DNA of 64,000 nucleotides from Bacteroidota bacterium (GCA_039805185.1 JBDLUU010000081.1:11766-75765), one strand, 5' to 3'. Counted from the first letter of the stretch, positions 20,223 to 30,681 are shown. The notes: generated by a model from the sequence alone, not told the origin. Program-made: numbers and translations.

Positions 20223-21119
20223 GTTCAGTATCTCTTCCAAGGATTGCGAATCCGCATTGAACCATACAAATTCGGGATCTTTTTTAAACCAGGTCATCTG
20301 ACGTTTAGCATACTGACGGGTATGTATTTTAATTTGTTCTATGGCCTGTTCTTTGGATATTTTGCCATCCATATAATCAAATACCTCCTTATACCCCACT
20401 GTCTGCAACGCAGTCTGGTCGCGATAAGTTATCACAGATGCAGCTTCTTCAAACAATCCGGCCGCTACCATTTCATCCACCCGCTGATGAATTCTTTTGG
20501 TCAATAAATCCATTGGCATTTCAAGACCAATCTTAAGGATGCGGAAAGGACGTTCTTTTTTTATTGCATTTCTGAAATGAAGAATGGATTGGCCTGTTGC
20601 ATTCAATACTTCCAAAGCCCGCATCAAACGCTGTGGATTCATTTGTTCAGCCACTTCCCAAAAGGCGGGATCTCTGTGTTTGATTTCAGACTGCAACCAG
20701 ATCATACCCTTTGCTTCATAGGATGCAATAATGGCTTCGCGGATGGCAGGGTCAATAGTAGGCATGGGGTCAATTCCTTCACAAAATGCCTTGATGTACA
20801 AACCTGTGCCACCTACCATTACAACAGTCTCGTGCTGCGCTAATAACTCAGCAGTTTTTTGCAGTGCAAACTGTTCAAAATAGGCTGCATTCAGATTTTC
20901 CTGGATAGAATGGTCTGCAATAAAATAATGCTTCACCTGTGCCAGTTCGGCTTCACTCGGTCTTGCTACCCCAATGGCCAGTTCTTTAAAACATTGTCTT
21001 GAATCCGCAGAAATAATGGATGTTCCCAGGTGTTTGGCCAGTTCAATGGCAAATGAAGTTTTACCAACAGCTGTAGGACCTGCAATAATATATACGGTAG
21101 GCTTAGTCTTCAAAATCAT
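20196..21119 (-). CDS. miaA: tRNA dimethylallyltransferase
   Basis: IAGPTAVGKT, SADSRQ, VGGTGLY, QTVGYKE, TRQYAKRQMTWF; start moved to 21119 to avoid overlap with upstream gene body. Confidence 0.95.
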   Translation of the reverse strand: MILKTKPTVYIIAGPTAVGKTSFAIELAKHLGTSIISADSRQCFKELAIGVARPSEAELAQVKHYFIADHSIQENLNAAYFEQFALQKTAELLAQHETVVMVGGTGLYIKAFCEGIDPMPTIDPAIREAIIASYEAKGMIWLQSEIKHRDPAFWEVAEQMNPQRLMRALEVLNATGQSILHFRNAIKKERPFRILKIGLEMPMDLLTKRIHQRVDEMVAAGLFEEAASVITYRDQTALQTVGYKEVFDYMDGKISKEQAIEQIKIHTRQYAKRQMTWFKKDPEFVWFNADSQSLEEILNSVNIHFSL

Positions 21120-21681
21120 CTCTTTGTTCCTCTCCGCCGAAGCCATCATCGTCCCCATCTGCTTCACTAGCAGCTTCTTCCCCTTCTTCTCCAAAACCAT
21201 CAGCTGCTTCGTTCAGGTCATACTTCTCTTCTATATCGGCAAACTTGTCTCCCAGCAAACTTTTAGTTCCGTATTGCTGGGGACCAATTCCTTCTACTCT
21301 TGTTACAGAAGGATAAGTAAGCTTAGGGTTTTCTTCTTTGTTTACACTAATTAAGGCTACTAAAAATGTCCAGCCTTTGGCGAAATCGTATTCATAAATG
21401 AATTTCTGATTTACATCCTGTATTTCAGAACCAATGGTTGTTTCGGCCATCAGTAACGGATCTACCCGATAGGCTTTATCGTATTTTTCAAAACTGATTT
21501 CTCTTCCCTTTAACCAGTTGTCATTGCTTCTGTAAAAAGTTGCCTGATGTTTGGTATCAAATTCAAAAGCTTTTAAAATAGCAAAATGTAAATCAAGAAA
21601 ATACTGTGTATGCTTAATCACAATGTCTCTGTAGACTGCATCATCTTCTTCCAGGTAAATTCTAAATTTTAAAATTGCCAT
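21103..21681 (-). CDS. pRiA4b ORF-3 / IS1096-passenger TnpR-like family protein with acidic tail
   Basis: DLHFAILKAFEF...FIYEYDF.KGWTF pattern. Confidence 0.7.
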   Translation of the reverse strand: MAILKFRIYLEEDDAVYRDIVIKHTQYFLDLHFAILKAFEFDTKHQATFYRSNDNWLKGREISFEKYDKAYRVDPLLMAETTIGSEIQDVNQKFIYEYDFAKGWTFLVALISVNKEENPKLTYPSVTRVEGIGPQQYGTKSLLGDKFADIEEKYDLNEAADGFGEEGEEAASEADGDDDGFGGEEQRDDFED

Positions 21682-21744
21682 TCCGCCAGATTTATTAATT
21701 AGTGCTTTTAATGATTGTTTGTATACGAGGATGCAAAATAGCGA

Positions 21745-23163
21745 TTATTTAACGGGTTTCAGGTTCAGTTCTGCTCCTTTTTCTAACATAAAAGCATAGG
21801 CTGCTTCCAATTGATTAGGAATAATCCCATCCAGAATGGCTTCTCTGATGGCATCTTTTAAAATACCCACCTGTTTGCCCGGATTCAGACCAAATACCTC
21901 CATAATCAACTCTCCGCTGATAGGTGGCTGCCAGTTTCTCAGTTGATCCTTGGCTTCCACAGCTGCCATTCGCTCTTTTACCAACTCAAAATTTTGCAGA
22001 TACCTTTGTACTTTTTGTTTGTTTTTACTGGTAATATCAGCTGCGCAGAGTTTCATTAAATCATCTATATCTTCTCCTGCGTCAAATAGCAATCTTCTTA
22101 TGGCACTGTCTGTGATATTTTCCTTAGTCAGACTGATTGGCCGCAAGTGCAGCAACACCAGTTTCTGCACATATTTCATGGGTTCATGCAAAGGCAGTTT
22201 CAATTTGGCAAAAATCTTAGGAACCATTCTTGCCCCAACTACCTCATGCCCATGAAAAGTCCAGCCATGCCCCTCTTCAAATTTCTTGGTAGCGGGTTTT
22301 CCAATATCGTGCAACAATGCTGCCCATCGCAACCAGAGTGAGTCTGTAAATGGAACTATATTATCCAACACCTGCAGGGTATGATAAAAATTATCCTTAT
22401 GCCCCTTTCCATCAATATACACGGCTCCATGTAAATCGACCATCTGAGGAAAAATCGTTTTCAGCAAACCTGACTTGAATAATAAATCCCATCCAATGGA
22501 AGGTTGGGAACTCATCATGATTTTGTTCAGCTCATCCGTAATTCTTTCCTGACTCACAATTTTCATGCGATGTACATTTTCGCCAATCGCATTAAAAGTT
22601 TCGGGGGCAATGCTGAAATTCAGCTGGGTGGCAAAACGAATGGCACGAAGCATACGAAGCGGGTCATCACTAAAAGTTTGCACCGGTGCCAATGGTGTTT
22701 CAATACACTTCCGCTGAATGGCATCCAGGCCATTAAAAGGATCCAGCAATCTGCCAAACTCGGCACTGTTTAATGCAATGGCTAAAGCATTTATGGTAAA
22801 ATCCCTTCGGTTCTGGTCGTCGGCCAATGTGCCCTGTTCCACCTGTGGTTTACGGCTGCTGTGCTGGTAACTTTCCTTTCTTGCTCCCACAAATTCAATC
22901 TCAAAATCTGCCCACTTTACCTGGGCAGTTCCAAAATTTTTGAAAAAAGCGACAACAGGCTGTGGATCCATTTGAGCTGCAAATAAATGAGCCAGCTCAA
23001 TCCCATCACCCAAACAAACGATGTCTGCATCCTTGGTATTCCTTCCAATAATTTTATCTCTTACAAATCCTCCAATCAGGTAACAGGGCATCCCCAGTTG
23101 GTCTGCAAGCGCACCTATCTGTCTGAAAACAGCTTCCTCCTTCTCAGTAAACGAAATCATCAT
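21745..23163 (-). CDS. cca: CCA tRNA nucleotidyltransferase / poly(A) polymerase family with HD domain
   Basis: GGFVRD, DADI, RRDFTINA, DDPLRMLRA, LLHDIGKP. Confidence 0.9.
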   Translation of the reverse strand: MMISFTEKEEAVFRQIGALADQLGMPCYLIGGFVRDKIIGRNTKDADIVCLGDGIELAHLFAAQMDPQPVVAFFKNFGTAQVKWADFEIEFVGARKESYQHSSRKPQVEQGTLADDQNRRDFTINALAIALNSAEFGRLLDPFNGLDAIQRKCIETPLAPVQTFSDDPLRMLRAIRFATQLNFSIAPETFNAIGENVHRMKIVSQERITDELNKIMMSSQPSIGWDLLFKSGLLKTIFPQMVDLHGAVYIDGKGHKDNFYHTLQVLDNIVPFTDSLWLRWAALLHDIGKPATKKFEEGHGWTFHGHEVVGARMVPKIFAKLKLPLHEPMKYVQKLVLLHLRPISLTKENITDSAIRRLLFDAGEDIDDLMKLCAADITSKNKQKVQRYLQNFELVKERMAAVEAKDQLRNWQPPISGELIMEVFGLNPGKQVGILKDAIREAILDGIIPNQLEAAYAFMLEKGAELNLKPVK

Positions 23164-23176
23164 TGCTGCAAATGTA

Positions 23177-24184
23177 CTATTGTTTGGTCAGGGCAGGAAG
23201 GGTAGCCAGTAATTGTGCAGTGTCAATTTGATATCCGCAATTAAAATGCCCTCTGGGGCAGGCAGTTTTACCATGTAATCCGCAGGGCCTGCAATCCAGC
23301 TGCTGCTTTACCTCCACAATATGGCTTTGACTGCTCAAGGGTCCATATCCAAATCCCGGAACCGTAGAACAATAAATGGCGGTTACAGGCGCATCAACAG
23401 AAGAGCAGAAATGCATGGGAGCCGAATCATTTACATAATTCATGATCGCTTTTTTCATGAGTGCAGCAGATGCAAGAAAATTCAATTTACCTGCAAGGTT
23501 TACAGCGTTTTGGGTACTGCTTGCTTCAATAATTTCATTGCATAATAAAGTATCCCCCGGACCACCCAGCACATACACTTTAATGTCTTTGGGCAGTGCA
23601 TCCAGAAAAGCTACCCACTTTTCTTTGGGAAACTGTTTTGTTGCCCATACAGATGAAGGGGCAATACATATATAAGGCTCCTGTTGATATTGACTCACCT
23701 TATCAAAATCTGATTGCTCTGGATACAAGGCAGGCTTTTTCAACTGCACACCTTTGATATGCTCAATCAATTTGAAATTTCTGTTGATTTCGTGTATTCC
23801 CTTTCCGGCATCCATCCGATGTATAATGGTTCGGGTGTAACAAAAACGAAAAGGATTTTTATCGAATCCGATTTTTTCTCTGGCTCCGGAAAAACAGGTT
23901 ATCCATCCGGTTGCAGCATATCGCTGCAGATTAATGACCATATCATAGGATGCTTTTCTAACAGAAAAAGCCAGCTTCAACAGATTCCAGTATTTGTTTT
24001 GTTTCTTTTGCCATACCAATACCTGCTTTACAAAGGGATGGTTGGTAAACAAAGCCTCATTGCCGTTTCTCACCAGTACATCTATCTGAACCTGCGGATA
24101 TGCTTCGTGTATGGATTCCAGCAAACCGGTTGCCAGCACCACGTCTCCAATAAATGCGGTTTGAATGATCAGCAATTTTTGCAT
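23177..24184 (-). CDS. Glycosyltransferase family 9 (heptosyltransferase-like)
   Basis: IGDVVLAT, NDSAPMH, CRPCGLHG. Confidence 0.9.
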   Translation of the reverse strand: MQKLLIIQTAFIGDVVLATGLLESIHEAYPQVQIDVLVRNGNEALFTNHPFVKQVLVWQKKQNKYWNLLKLAFSVRKASYDMVINLQRYAATGWITCFSGAREKIGFDKNPFRFCYTRTIIHRMDAGKGIHEINRNFKLIEHIKGVQLKKPALYPEQSDFDKVSQYQQEPYICIAPSSVWATKQFPKEKWVAFLDALPKDIKVYVLGGPGDTLLCNEIIEASSTQNAVNLAGKLNFLASAALMKKAIMNYVNDSAPMHFCSSVDAPVTAIYCSTVPGFGYGPLSSQSHIVEVKQQLDCRPCGLHGKTACPRGHFNCGYQIDTAQLLATLPALTKQ

Positions 24185-24214
24185 CCGGCAAAACTACACA
24201 AAACTGAAATACTG

Positions 24215-24222
24215 TACTTTTG
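24215..24222 (+). promoter_or_regulatory. Primary-sigma -7 box upstream of dapD
   Basis: TACTTTTG, 14 nt before ATG 24237. Confidence 0.5.
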
Positions 24223-24236
24223 CCCAAAATTGAAAT

Positions 24237-25046
24237 ATGCCCCAAGACTTAATATTAGCCGCATGGAACGAAAGATCCTTATTACAGGATAGCCAATACA
24301 GTGATGCTGTAAAACAGGTAATTGAAGCTGTTGATAAAGGACAGTTAAGAGTTGCCAGCCCGGGAGAAAATGGATGGGTAGTGAACGAATGGGTTAAAAA
24401 AGCCATCCTGATGTATTTTGGTGTACAGCAAATGCAAACCTGGGAAATGCCCCCATTTGAGTTCTACGATAAAATGTTATTGAAGAAAAACTACAAGGAA
24501 TTGGGTGTGAGAGCAGTGCCTCCCGCAACAGCCAGATATGGTGCATATATTGCCCCCAATGTGGTTTTAATGCCAAGCTATGTAAATATCGGTGCCTATG
24601 TAGACGAAGGGACTATGGTAGATACCTGGGCAACCGTAGGCAGTTGTGCGCAAATTGGAAAACATGTTCACCTGAGCGGTGGCGTTGGCATCGGTGGCGT
24701 ATTGGAACCCTTGCAAGCCAGTCCTGTCATTATTGAAGATGGTTGTTTTATCGGAAGCAGATGTATTGTTGTAGAAGGTGTAATTGTTGAGAAAGAAGCT
24801 GTATTGGGCGCCAATGTGGTATTAACTCAGTCCACCAAAATTATTGATGTAAGCGGACCTGAACCCATAGAAATGAAAGGTAGGGTTCCGGCCAGAAGCG
24901 TGGTGATTCCAGGAAGCTACACCAAGAAATTCAATGCAGGAGAATACCAGGTAAGTTGTGCATTGATTATTGGTCAAAGAAAAGCCAGCACAGACTTAAA
25001 AACCAGTCTGAACGATGCATTGAGAGATTTTAACGTAAGTGTATAA
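24237..25046 (+). CDS. dapD: 2,3,4,5-tetrahydropyridine-2,6-dicarboxylate N-succinyltransferase
   Basis: NEWVKKAIL, RAVPPATAR, DTWATVGSCAQIG, GGVLEPLQA. Confidence 0.96.
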   Translation: MPQDLILAAWNERSLLQDSQYSDAVKQVIEAVDKGQLRVASPGENGWVVNEWVKKAILMYFGVQQMQTWEMPPFEFYDKMLLKKNYKELGVRAVPPATARYGAYIAPNVVLMPSYVNIGAYVDEGTMVDTWATVGSCAQIGKHVHLSGGVGIGGVLEPLQASPVIIEDGCFIGSRCIVVEGVIVEKEAVLGANVVLTQSTKIIDVSGPEPIEMKGRVPARSVVIPGSYTKKFNAGEYQVSCALIIGQRKASTDLKTSLNDALRDFNVSV

Positions 25047-25973
25047 ATGCCTAAGAAGAAGCAATCACGGTTGTTTCTACAAGGCTTTTTAATAAGCATT
25101 GGCGGAGCCATTTTATTTTCCACCAAAGCCATTTGGGTTAAACTGGCTTTTAAACATACAGGAGTAGATGCAATTACATTACTTACACTAAGAATGTTAT
25201 TGTCTCTACCCTTTTATATTGCTGCTGCCTGGTTGGCAGGAAAGAAAGAAGATGTAGAACCACTTAGTAAGAAGGATTTAGGATGGATTATTATCTTAGG
25301 CATCCTAGGATATTATTTGAGTAGCCTCTTCGACTTTATTGGACTCCAGTACATTTCAGCTGGACTTGAAAGATTAATTTTATTTCTCTATCCCACATTT
25401 GCCGTTCTGCTGAACACTTATTTATTTAAGCAAAGAATCACCCGCATTCAGTTACTGGCTTTAAGTATTACCTATACGGGGATAGGAATTGCCTATTATG
25501 CAGAGCTGGGCACTGTGCAACAAAATGACTCTTTTTATTTTGGCTCCTTCATGGTTTTTTTATGTGCTGTCACTTATTCTTTTTATTTGGTTGGCACTGG
25601 AAAAATGGTAACCAAAGCGGGGGCTACACGTTATACTGCTTATGCAATGCTGGCTGCAACCGCAGGTATATTTGTTCATTTTATTGTAAAACAACAATGG
25701 CAAACAGTAAATATGAGCTGGGAACTGGGCTGGTATAGTCTGGCGTTGGCCATTATTGCCACAGTAATTCCCTCCTTTATGATCAGCGCCGGGATGAAGC
25801 GTATTGGCAGCAACAACACATCCATTATAACCAGCATTGGCCCGGTTTCTACGATAATACAGGCAGCCATTTTCCTAAATGAACGCATATTATTCACTCA
25901 GATAATGGGCACCGCTTTGGTGATTGTTGGTGTAATTTTAATTGGCTGGCAGAACAACAGTATTGAGCATTAA
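25047..25973 (+). CDS. DMT/EamA family transporter
   Basis: About ten hydrophobic segments, two EamA repeats, ERLILFLYPT. Confidence 0.9.
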   Translation: MPKKKQSRLFLQGFLISIGGAILFSTKAIWVKLAFKHTGVDAITLLTLRMLLSLPFYIAAAWLAGKKEDVEPLSKKDLGWIIILGILGYYLSSLFDFIGLQYISAGLERLILFLYPTFAVLLNTYLFKQRITRIQLLALSITYTGIGIAYYAELGTVQQNDSFYFGSFMVFLCAVTYSFYLVGTGKMVTKAGATRYTAYAMLAATAGIFVHFIVKQQWQTVNMSWELGWYSLALAIIATVIPSFMISAGMKRIGSNNTSIITSIGPVSTIIQAAIFLNERILFTQIMGTALVIVGVILIGWQNNSIEH

Positions 25974-25998
25974 TGAATCATTAAATGTTCCATCGCAC

Positions 25999-26193
25999 TC
26001 AATTTTTAAAACTGGTCAATGGTTTGGTAATAAAATGCGTCACATTCAAAAAAATTTTGGAACGCTCATAATCCACATGATCAATAGAAGAAGTCAGAAT
26101 AACTACTGGCCATGGCTTTCCCAGCTTTTCGTATTCATGAAGAAAATCCCAAACCAATCTACCTGAAAAATTTAAATCAGTTACAAAAAGCAT
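25999..26193 (-). pseudogene. Remnant of a single-domain response regulator (receiver C-terminal half)
   Basis: TDLNFSG..WDFLHEYEKL...VVILTSSID..DYERSK...FITKPLT; N-terminal beta1-alpha2 absent and upstream frame blocked by stops. Confidence 0.6.
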
Positions 26194-26304
26194 TTACAGA
26201 AAGTATCAACGATATGGGAACCGTTCCATGGAACAGAAAAAAATGAATGCGCACCAGATGGTTGCCAGAACTCATATACAGGTATACCAGGAAATAACAG
26301 GAGC

Positions 26305-27288
26305 CTAAACGACCATCAGACTGCATCCCCGCAGATCCGAATAGTCCATTCTCCCAATCACTTCAAAACTGCCATCCGGATAGCATTTACCAATATCCTG
26401 CGTAGCAATAAAAGCACAACTATACATATTCATCAGGTCAATCACCTGAATCAAGCCCGTTCCTTCCTTCACTATTTCAAAGGGATCGTCTTCTCGTCTA
26501 AGCATTACTTTCATCCAGGGCGGACAATAAAAACGCCCATCTCCTGCCGAATAAGCCTGACTCAGTAATTCTGTCATCCCGTACTCAGCATGAATAGAAG
26601 ACAGGCCTGTTCTGCTACATAACAAATGGTGCAATTCCTCTCTTGTCAATTCCTTTCCCCTGCCCTTCATTCCCCCTGTTTCCATTATCACGGTGTGCGA
26701 AAGTTTCATAGGATACTTTTCGGTGAAATCGAGCAAAGCAAAAGTTACACCTAGTAAAAGGGTTTTCTGACCTGCGGCTTCCAGTTGCAGCATTTTATCA
26801 TGTAATGCCGCAAAATCATACAAATAAAAACCACTAGATGGATGACCACTTTTTTGAATAAAGTGATTAGCCATGTATACCAATGAAGAATTTTCCCTTT
26901 CCAGATAAGCAGGCAGCAGCGCCAGTACACACCATTCTTCCAGCTTGCCGTACTGTTGTTCAAACCCTCTTACTGAACTCTTTTCATACCCTTCCAGATT
27001 AGGCACATAATGTTTACTGGATACCATTCCGGTGGTTTTGCTGCTTTCAAAAACACAGGCAGGAATCTGGTTGGGCACCAGTACCTGGTGTGTCTTAAAA
27101 AAGGAAATAGGCAACGCAGGTATCTGAGTGTGTGTCTTTATATTACCGGGACTGGATGTAACCAGATTGACCCATTGACGATAAACCGGATTGTGCCGGT
27201 ATTGCCAATGATACAATTCCACGGCCAGATCATCAAAATTGGAATCGCTTACAGAAAAAATATTGTTAATATCAATGGGTGGTTCCAA
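26305..27288 (-). CDS. LuxE-like acyl-protein synthetase / acyl transferase
   Basis: FESSKTTG, SSLVYM, METGGMKGR, EYGMTELLSQAY, RGCSL. Confidence 0.85.
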   Translation of the reverse strand: MEPPIDINNIFSVSDSNFDDLAVELYHWQYRHNPVYRQWVNLVTSSPGNIKTHTQIPALPISFFKTHQVLVPNQIPACVFESSKTTGMVSSKHYVPNLEGYEKSSVRGFEQQYGKLEEWCVLALLPAYLERENSSLVYMANHFIQKSGHPSSGFYLYDFAALHDKMLQLEAAGQKTLLLGVTFALLDFTEKYPMKLSHTVIMETGGMKGRGKELTREELHHLLCSRTGLSSIHAEYGMTELLSQAYSAGDGRFYCPPWMKVMLRREDDPFEIVKEGTGLIQVIDLMNMYSCAFIATQDIGKCYPDGSFEVIGRMDYSDLRGCSLMVV

Positions 27289-27330
27289 CCTTGTATGTAT
27301 TGTTTTAACTAAATTTGGATAGAAAGTAAA

Positions 27331-27786
27331 ATGATGAGAGCAAAATTATTAATCCTACTGACAATTACCGCCTTTTTTTATGGATGCAGTAAAGATGAAT
27401 TCAATACCAGACCTGGTTTGGCTTTTGCTGAAGTAAATACCACTCAGCTCAGACAAGGAAATCTGCTCATCTTTTCTTTAGACTTTACCGACAAGGAAGG
27501 AGATATTCAGGATACATTATGGGTGCAGAAAATTTCTAAAACCTGTCCTACTACACCCGGAGTTCAATTTATCAGTCCCAACCGAGTGCCGAATTTTACT
27601 GCCACTTCCAATTTAAAAGGAAAACTGGAAATCACTTTTGTTTATAATGCCAATGTACCCGGAACCCCATCCATTGTGGGTTGCACCAACAGAAATGATA
27701 CTTCTTATTTCCGGTTCTGGTTAAAAGATAAAGCCAATAACAGAAGTGATACGGTAAGATCCCCAGACATTGTTCTAATCAGATGA
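27331..27786 (+). CDS. Hypothetical lipoprotein
   Basis: Signal peptide with FFYGC lipobox. Confidence 0.75.
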   Translation: MMRAKLLILLTITAFFYGCSKDEFNTRPGLAFAEVNTTQLRQGNLLIFSLDFTDKEGDIQDTLWVQKISKTCPTTPGVQFISPNRVPNFTATSNLKGKLEITFVYNANVPGTPSIVGCTNRNDTSYFRFWLKDKANNRSDTVRSPDIVLIR

Positions 27787-28703
27787 TTAGCAGATTGCAC
27801 TGGATAAAAAGTATTTTTTACGGGAATTATTTCTACGGTATTTGTGCTGTTGCATTGTCAATGGAGTGCTCCCTGCAACTGCAACTGCCTTTGAACAATA
27901 TTTTTTTCTACCTCGCCCTGTTTTGCGTAACGGTGCTTTATTATACCCATGCCTATTTCATTGAGATCAAAAAGAAATTACAGAATGGCAATGCAAGAGC
28001 AGTCTGGTACAGGATGTATCAAAAACAAATAACCCGGTCTCAACTGGTTATCACTTTTGTGTTGGGCTTGATTTTTTTATTGCTCTTTAATGGATTACAA
28101 CCCTTATTTGCCCAATTACCCCTATTTAACTGGATGGTTCTTCTGGGTTTCGGTTTGATTGCAGCTGCCTATTATAAAAGTCTCTACCCGGGATGGGGAA
28201 ACTGGGGACTTAGGAACAATGGCCTGATAAAACCATTTATGATTGGGTTGGTTTGGGCAGGGACTGTTTCTTTTGCCCCCGTATTTTTCTACGACCTAAC
28301 ACATCCGGGGTCTGCACATACCACTGAAATCATCACCTGGTTGCTGTTTTTAAAAAACTGGTTGTTCATCAGTTTACTTTGCATTTTATTCGACATAAAA
28401 GACTATGCCAGCGACGCCAATCAACCCCTTAAAACCTGGGTGGTAAAAATGGGATTGCGCAAGACCCTATTTGGTCTTATTATCCCCGTTGCATTCATTA
28501 GCCTGGGCTTGTATTGGTTACTGGCCTGGTTACAGGAATTCTCTGTTTTCAGAATATTATTCAACACTATTCCCTATATATTGTTAATAACTGTTAGCAT
28601 CCAAATGCATCGCCGTAAAAGCATTCTCTATTATCTTGCAATCATTGACGGACTCATGCTTGTGAAGGCACTCAGCGGTGCAATTGGCATGTTAGGATTT
28701 TAA
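27783..28703 (+). CDS. UbiA-prenyltransferase-like integral membrane protein
   Basis: Multiple TM helices; LFDIKDYASD aspartate motif; first Asp-rich motif appears degenerate. Confidence 0.6.
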   Translation: MISRLHWIKSIFYGNYFYGICAVALSMECSLQLQLPLNNIFFYLALFCVTVLYYTHAYFIEIKKKLQNGNARAVWYRMYQKQITRSQLVITFVLGLIFLLLFNGLQPLFAQLPLFNWMVLLGFGLIAAAYYKSLYPGWGNWGLRNNGLIKPFMIGLVWAGTVSFAPVFFYDLTHPGSAHTTEIITWLLFLKNWLFISLLCILFDIKDYASDANQPLKTWVVKMGLRKTLFGLIIPVAFISLGLYWLLAWLQEFSVFRILFNTIPYILLITVSIQMHRRKSILYYLAIIDGLMLVKALSGAIGMLGF

Positions 28704-28714
28704 AACTTACCCTT

Positions 28715-29842
28715 ATGGCAAAGACAAAAACAACCAAGACAAAATCTACCAAGACTAAATCTGTGGTAACACCCCAATCCATGGATTTTTTAAAGCAATA
28801 TATCAATACACCCTCTCCTGTTGGATTTGAAAGTGGCGGGCAGAAATTATGGATGGAATATTTAAAACCATATGTGGATACCATTTTTACTGATCCCTAT
28901 GGTACTGCAGTCGGCGTAATTAACCCAACGGCTCCGTTCAAGATTGTTATTGAAGCACATTGCGACGAAATCAGTTGGTTTGTAAATTATATCAACGATC
29001 AAGGTCTTATTTACCTGAAGCGAAACGGAGGGGTTGATCACCAGATTGCTCCTGCAAAGCGCGTGATTATTCATGGGAAAAACGGACCTGTTAAAGCTGT
29101 ATTTGGCTGGCCTGCCATTCATACCCGATTAAGTAATCCTGAGCAAAAAGAGCCGGCTCCAAAAATTGAGAACCTTTGCCTGGATTGCGGTGCCAGGTCT
29201 AAAAAAGAAGTGGAAGCATTGGGTATCAGAATTGGCTCAGTAGTAACTTATGAAGAAGGCTATGATGAACTGGCTTACGATTTTCTTATCGGCAGGGCTT
29301 TTGATAACAGAGTGGGTGGATTCATGATTGCAGAAGTAGCCAGATTGCTGAAAGAAAACAAAAAACAATTGCCTTACGGCTTATACGTTGTGAATGCGGT
29401 GCAGGAAGAAATTGGTTTAAGAGGGGCTGAAATGATTGCTCGCAGAATCAAACCCAATATTGCCATCATTACCGATGTAACACACGACACTAGTACTCCC
29501 ATGATCAGTAAAATCATTGAGGGTGATATTCAATGTGGTAAAGGACCTTCACTGGCTTTTGCGCCGGCTATTCATAATAAATTATTGTCCCTGGTAGAAT
29601 CTGTTGCAGAGAAAAATAAAATCCCTGTACAAATGCGCACATTAAGCAGAAGTACGGGAACAGATACCGACAGTTTTGCCTATGCAAACGATGGTTGTCC
29701 TTCTGTCTTAATTTCAATCCCTTTGCGATACATGCACACTACTGTAGAGATGCTGCATAAAAAAGATATTGAAGACACCATCCGACTTATGTACGAAACT
29801 TTGTTGACCTTAACCCCTAAAACAAATTTGAGTTATCTGTAA
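28715..29842 (+). CDS. M42 family aminopeptidase
   Basis: EAHCDE, AFDNRVG, VQEEIG, DVTH, GTDTD, YMHT. Confidence 0.92.
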   Translation: MAKTKTTKTKSTKTKSVVTPQSMDFLKQYINTPSPVGFESGGQKLWMEYLKPYVDTIFTDPYGTAVGVINPTAPFKIVIEAHCDEISWFVNYINDQGLIYLKRNGGVDHQIAPAKRVIIHGKNGPVKAVFGWPAIHTRLSNPEQKEPAPKIENLCLDCGARSKKEVEALGIRIGSVVTYEEGYDELAYDFLIGRAFDNRVGGFMIAEVARLLKENKKQLPYGLYVVNAVQEEIGLRGAEMIARRIKPNIAIITDVTHDTSTPMISKIIEGDIQCGKGPSLAFAPAIHNKLLSLVESVAEKNKIPVQMRTLSRSTGTDTDSFAYANDGCPSVLISIPLRYMHTTVEMLHKKDIEDTIRLMYETLLTLTPKTNLSYL

Positions 29843-29844
29843 GC

Positions 29845-30681
29845 ATGGAAAGCACCGAAAACAATACCATAAAAGTTGCAATCCTAGACTTATATGAAGG
29901 GCAGGCAAATGAAGGGATGCGTTGTATCAGAACTATCCTTGCCGATTGGAGCAAAGCCAACCACCAAACATTTGAAGTAAAAGAATTTGATGTTCGTTTA
30001 CAGCTGGAAGTACCTGACCTTGACTTTGACATTTATATTTCCAGCGGAGGACCCGGATCTCCCCTGGAAACAGAAGGCAGTGCATGGGAAGAAAAATATT
30101 TTGGTTGGGTAGAAGCATTGAGAGATTGGAACAATCAACCCAATTTCCCCAAGAAACATGCTTTTTTTATCTGCCATAGTTTTCAGTTATTCTGCAGGTA
30201 TTTCCAACTGGGAAATGTTTGTAAAAGAAAGTCAACATCATTTGGCGTGTTTCCGGTTCATCAGATGGAAGATGGTCATGCTGAAAAGGTTTTTTCTGGA
30301 TTAAATGATCCATTTTATTGTGTAGACAGCAGAGATTATCAGGTTATTGAACCCAATCATAAAAAAATAAATGAGATGGGTGGAACCATACTGGCTATAG
30401 AAAAAAACCGGCCCCATGTTCCTTTGGAACGCGCGGTGATGGCTATCCGTTTCAGCGAGTATTTCATTGGCACTCAATTTCACCCGGAAGCAGATGCACA
30501 TGGGATGGCCATGTATTTACAAAGAGAAGATAAAAAGAAAGTGGTGATTGATGCACATGGTGAAGAAAAATGGAAAAGCATGGTGGAACAATTGCTCGAT
30601 CCGGGAAAAATCATGTGGACATACCAACATATTCTTCCTAACTTTCTTACGGAAGCTTCCAGAGAATTGATTCTTCATTAA
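29845..30681 (+). CDS. Class I glutamine amidotransferase-like protein (C26-type hydrolase candidate)
   Basis: SSGGPGSP, nucleophile elbow ICHSFQ, QFHPE (Cys-His-Glu triad). Confidence 0.85.
   Translation: MESTENNTIKVAILDLYEGQANEGMRCIRTILADWSKANHQTFEVKEFDVRLQLEVPDLDFDIYISSGGPGSPLETEGSAWEEKYFGWVEALRDWNNQPNFPKKHAFFICHSFQLFCRYFQLGNVCKRKSTSFGVFPVHQMEDGHAEKVFSGLNDPFYCVDSRDYQVIEPNHKKINEMGGTILAIEKNRPHVPLERAVMAIRFSEYFIGTQFHPEADAHGMAMYLQREDKKKVVIDAHGEEKWKSMVEQLLDPGKIMWTYQHILPNFLTEASRELILH

Noticed and set aside
21103-21681. IS1096-passenger/pRiA4b ORF-3-like gene as a mobile element
   Set aside because: No transposase, terminal inverted repeats or target duplication; it overlaps miaA like a resident chromosomal gene
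26228-26308. Short + ORF MEQKKMNAHQMVARTHIQVYQEITGA resembling a glycosyltransferase C-terminal helix
   Set aside because: Only 26 aa and resemblance too weak to support; noted as a possible second remnant
26305-27288. Bioluminescence (lux) locus
   Set aside because: Only a LuxE-like gene; no luxAB/C/D in the window
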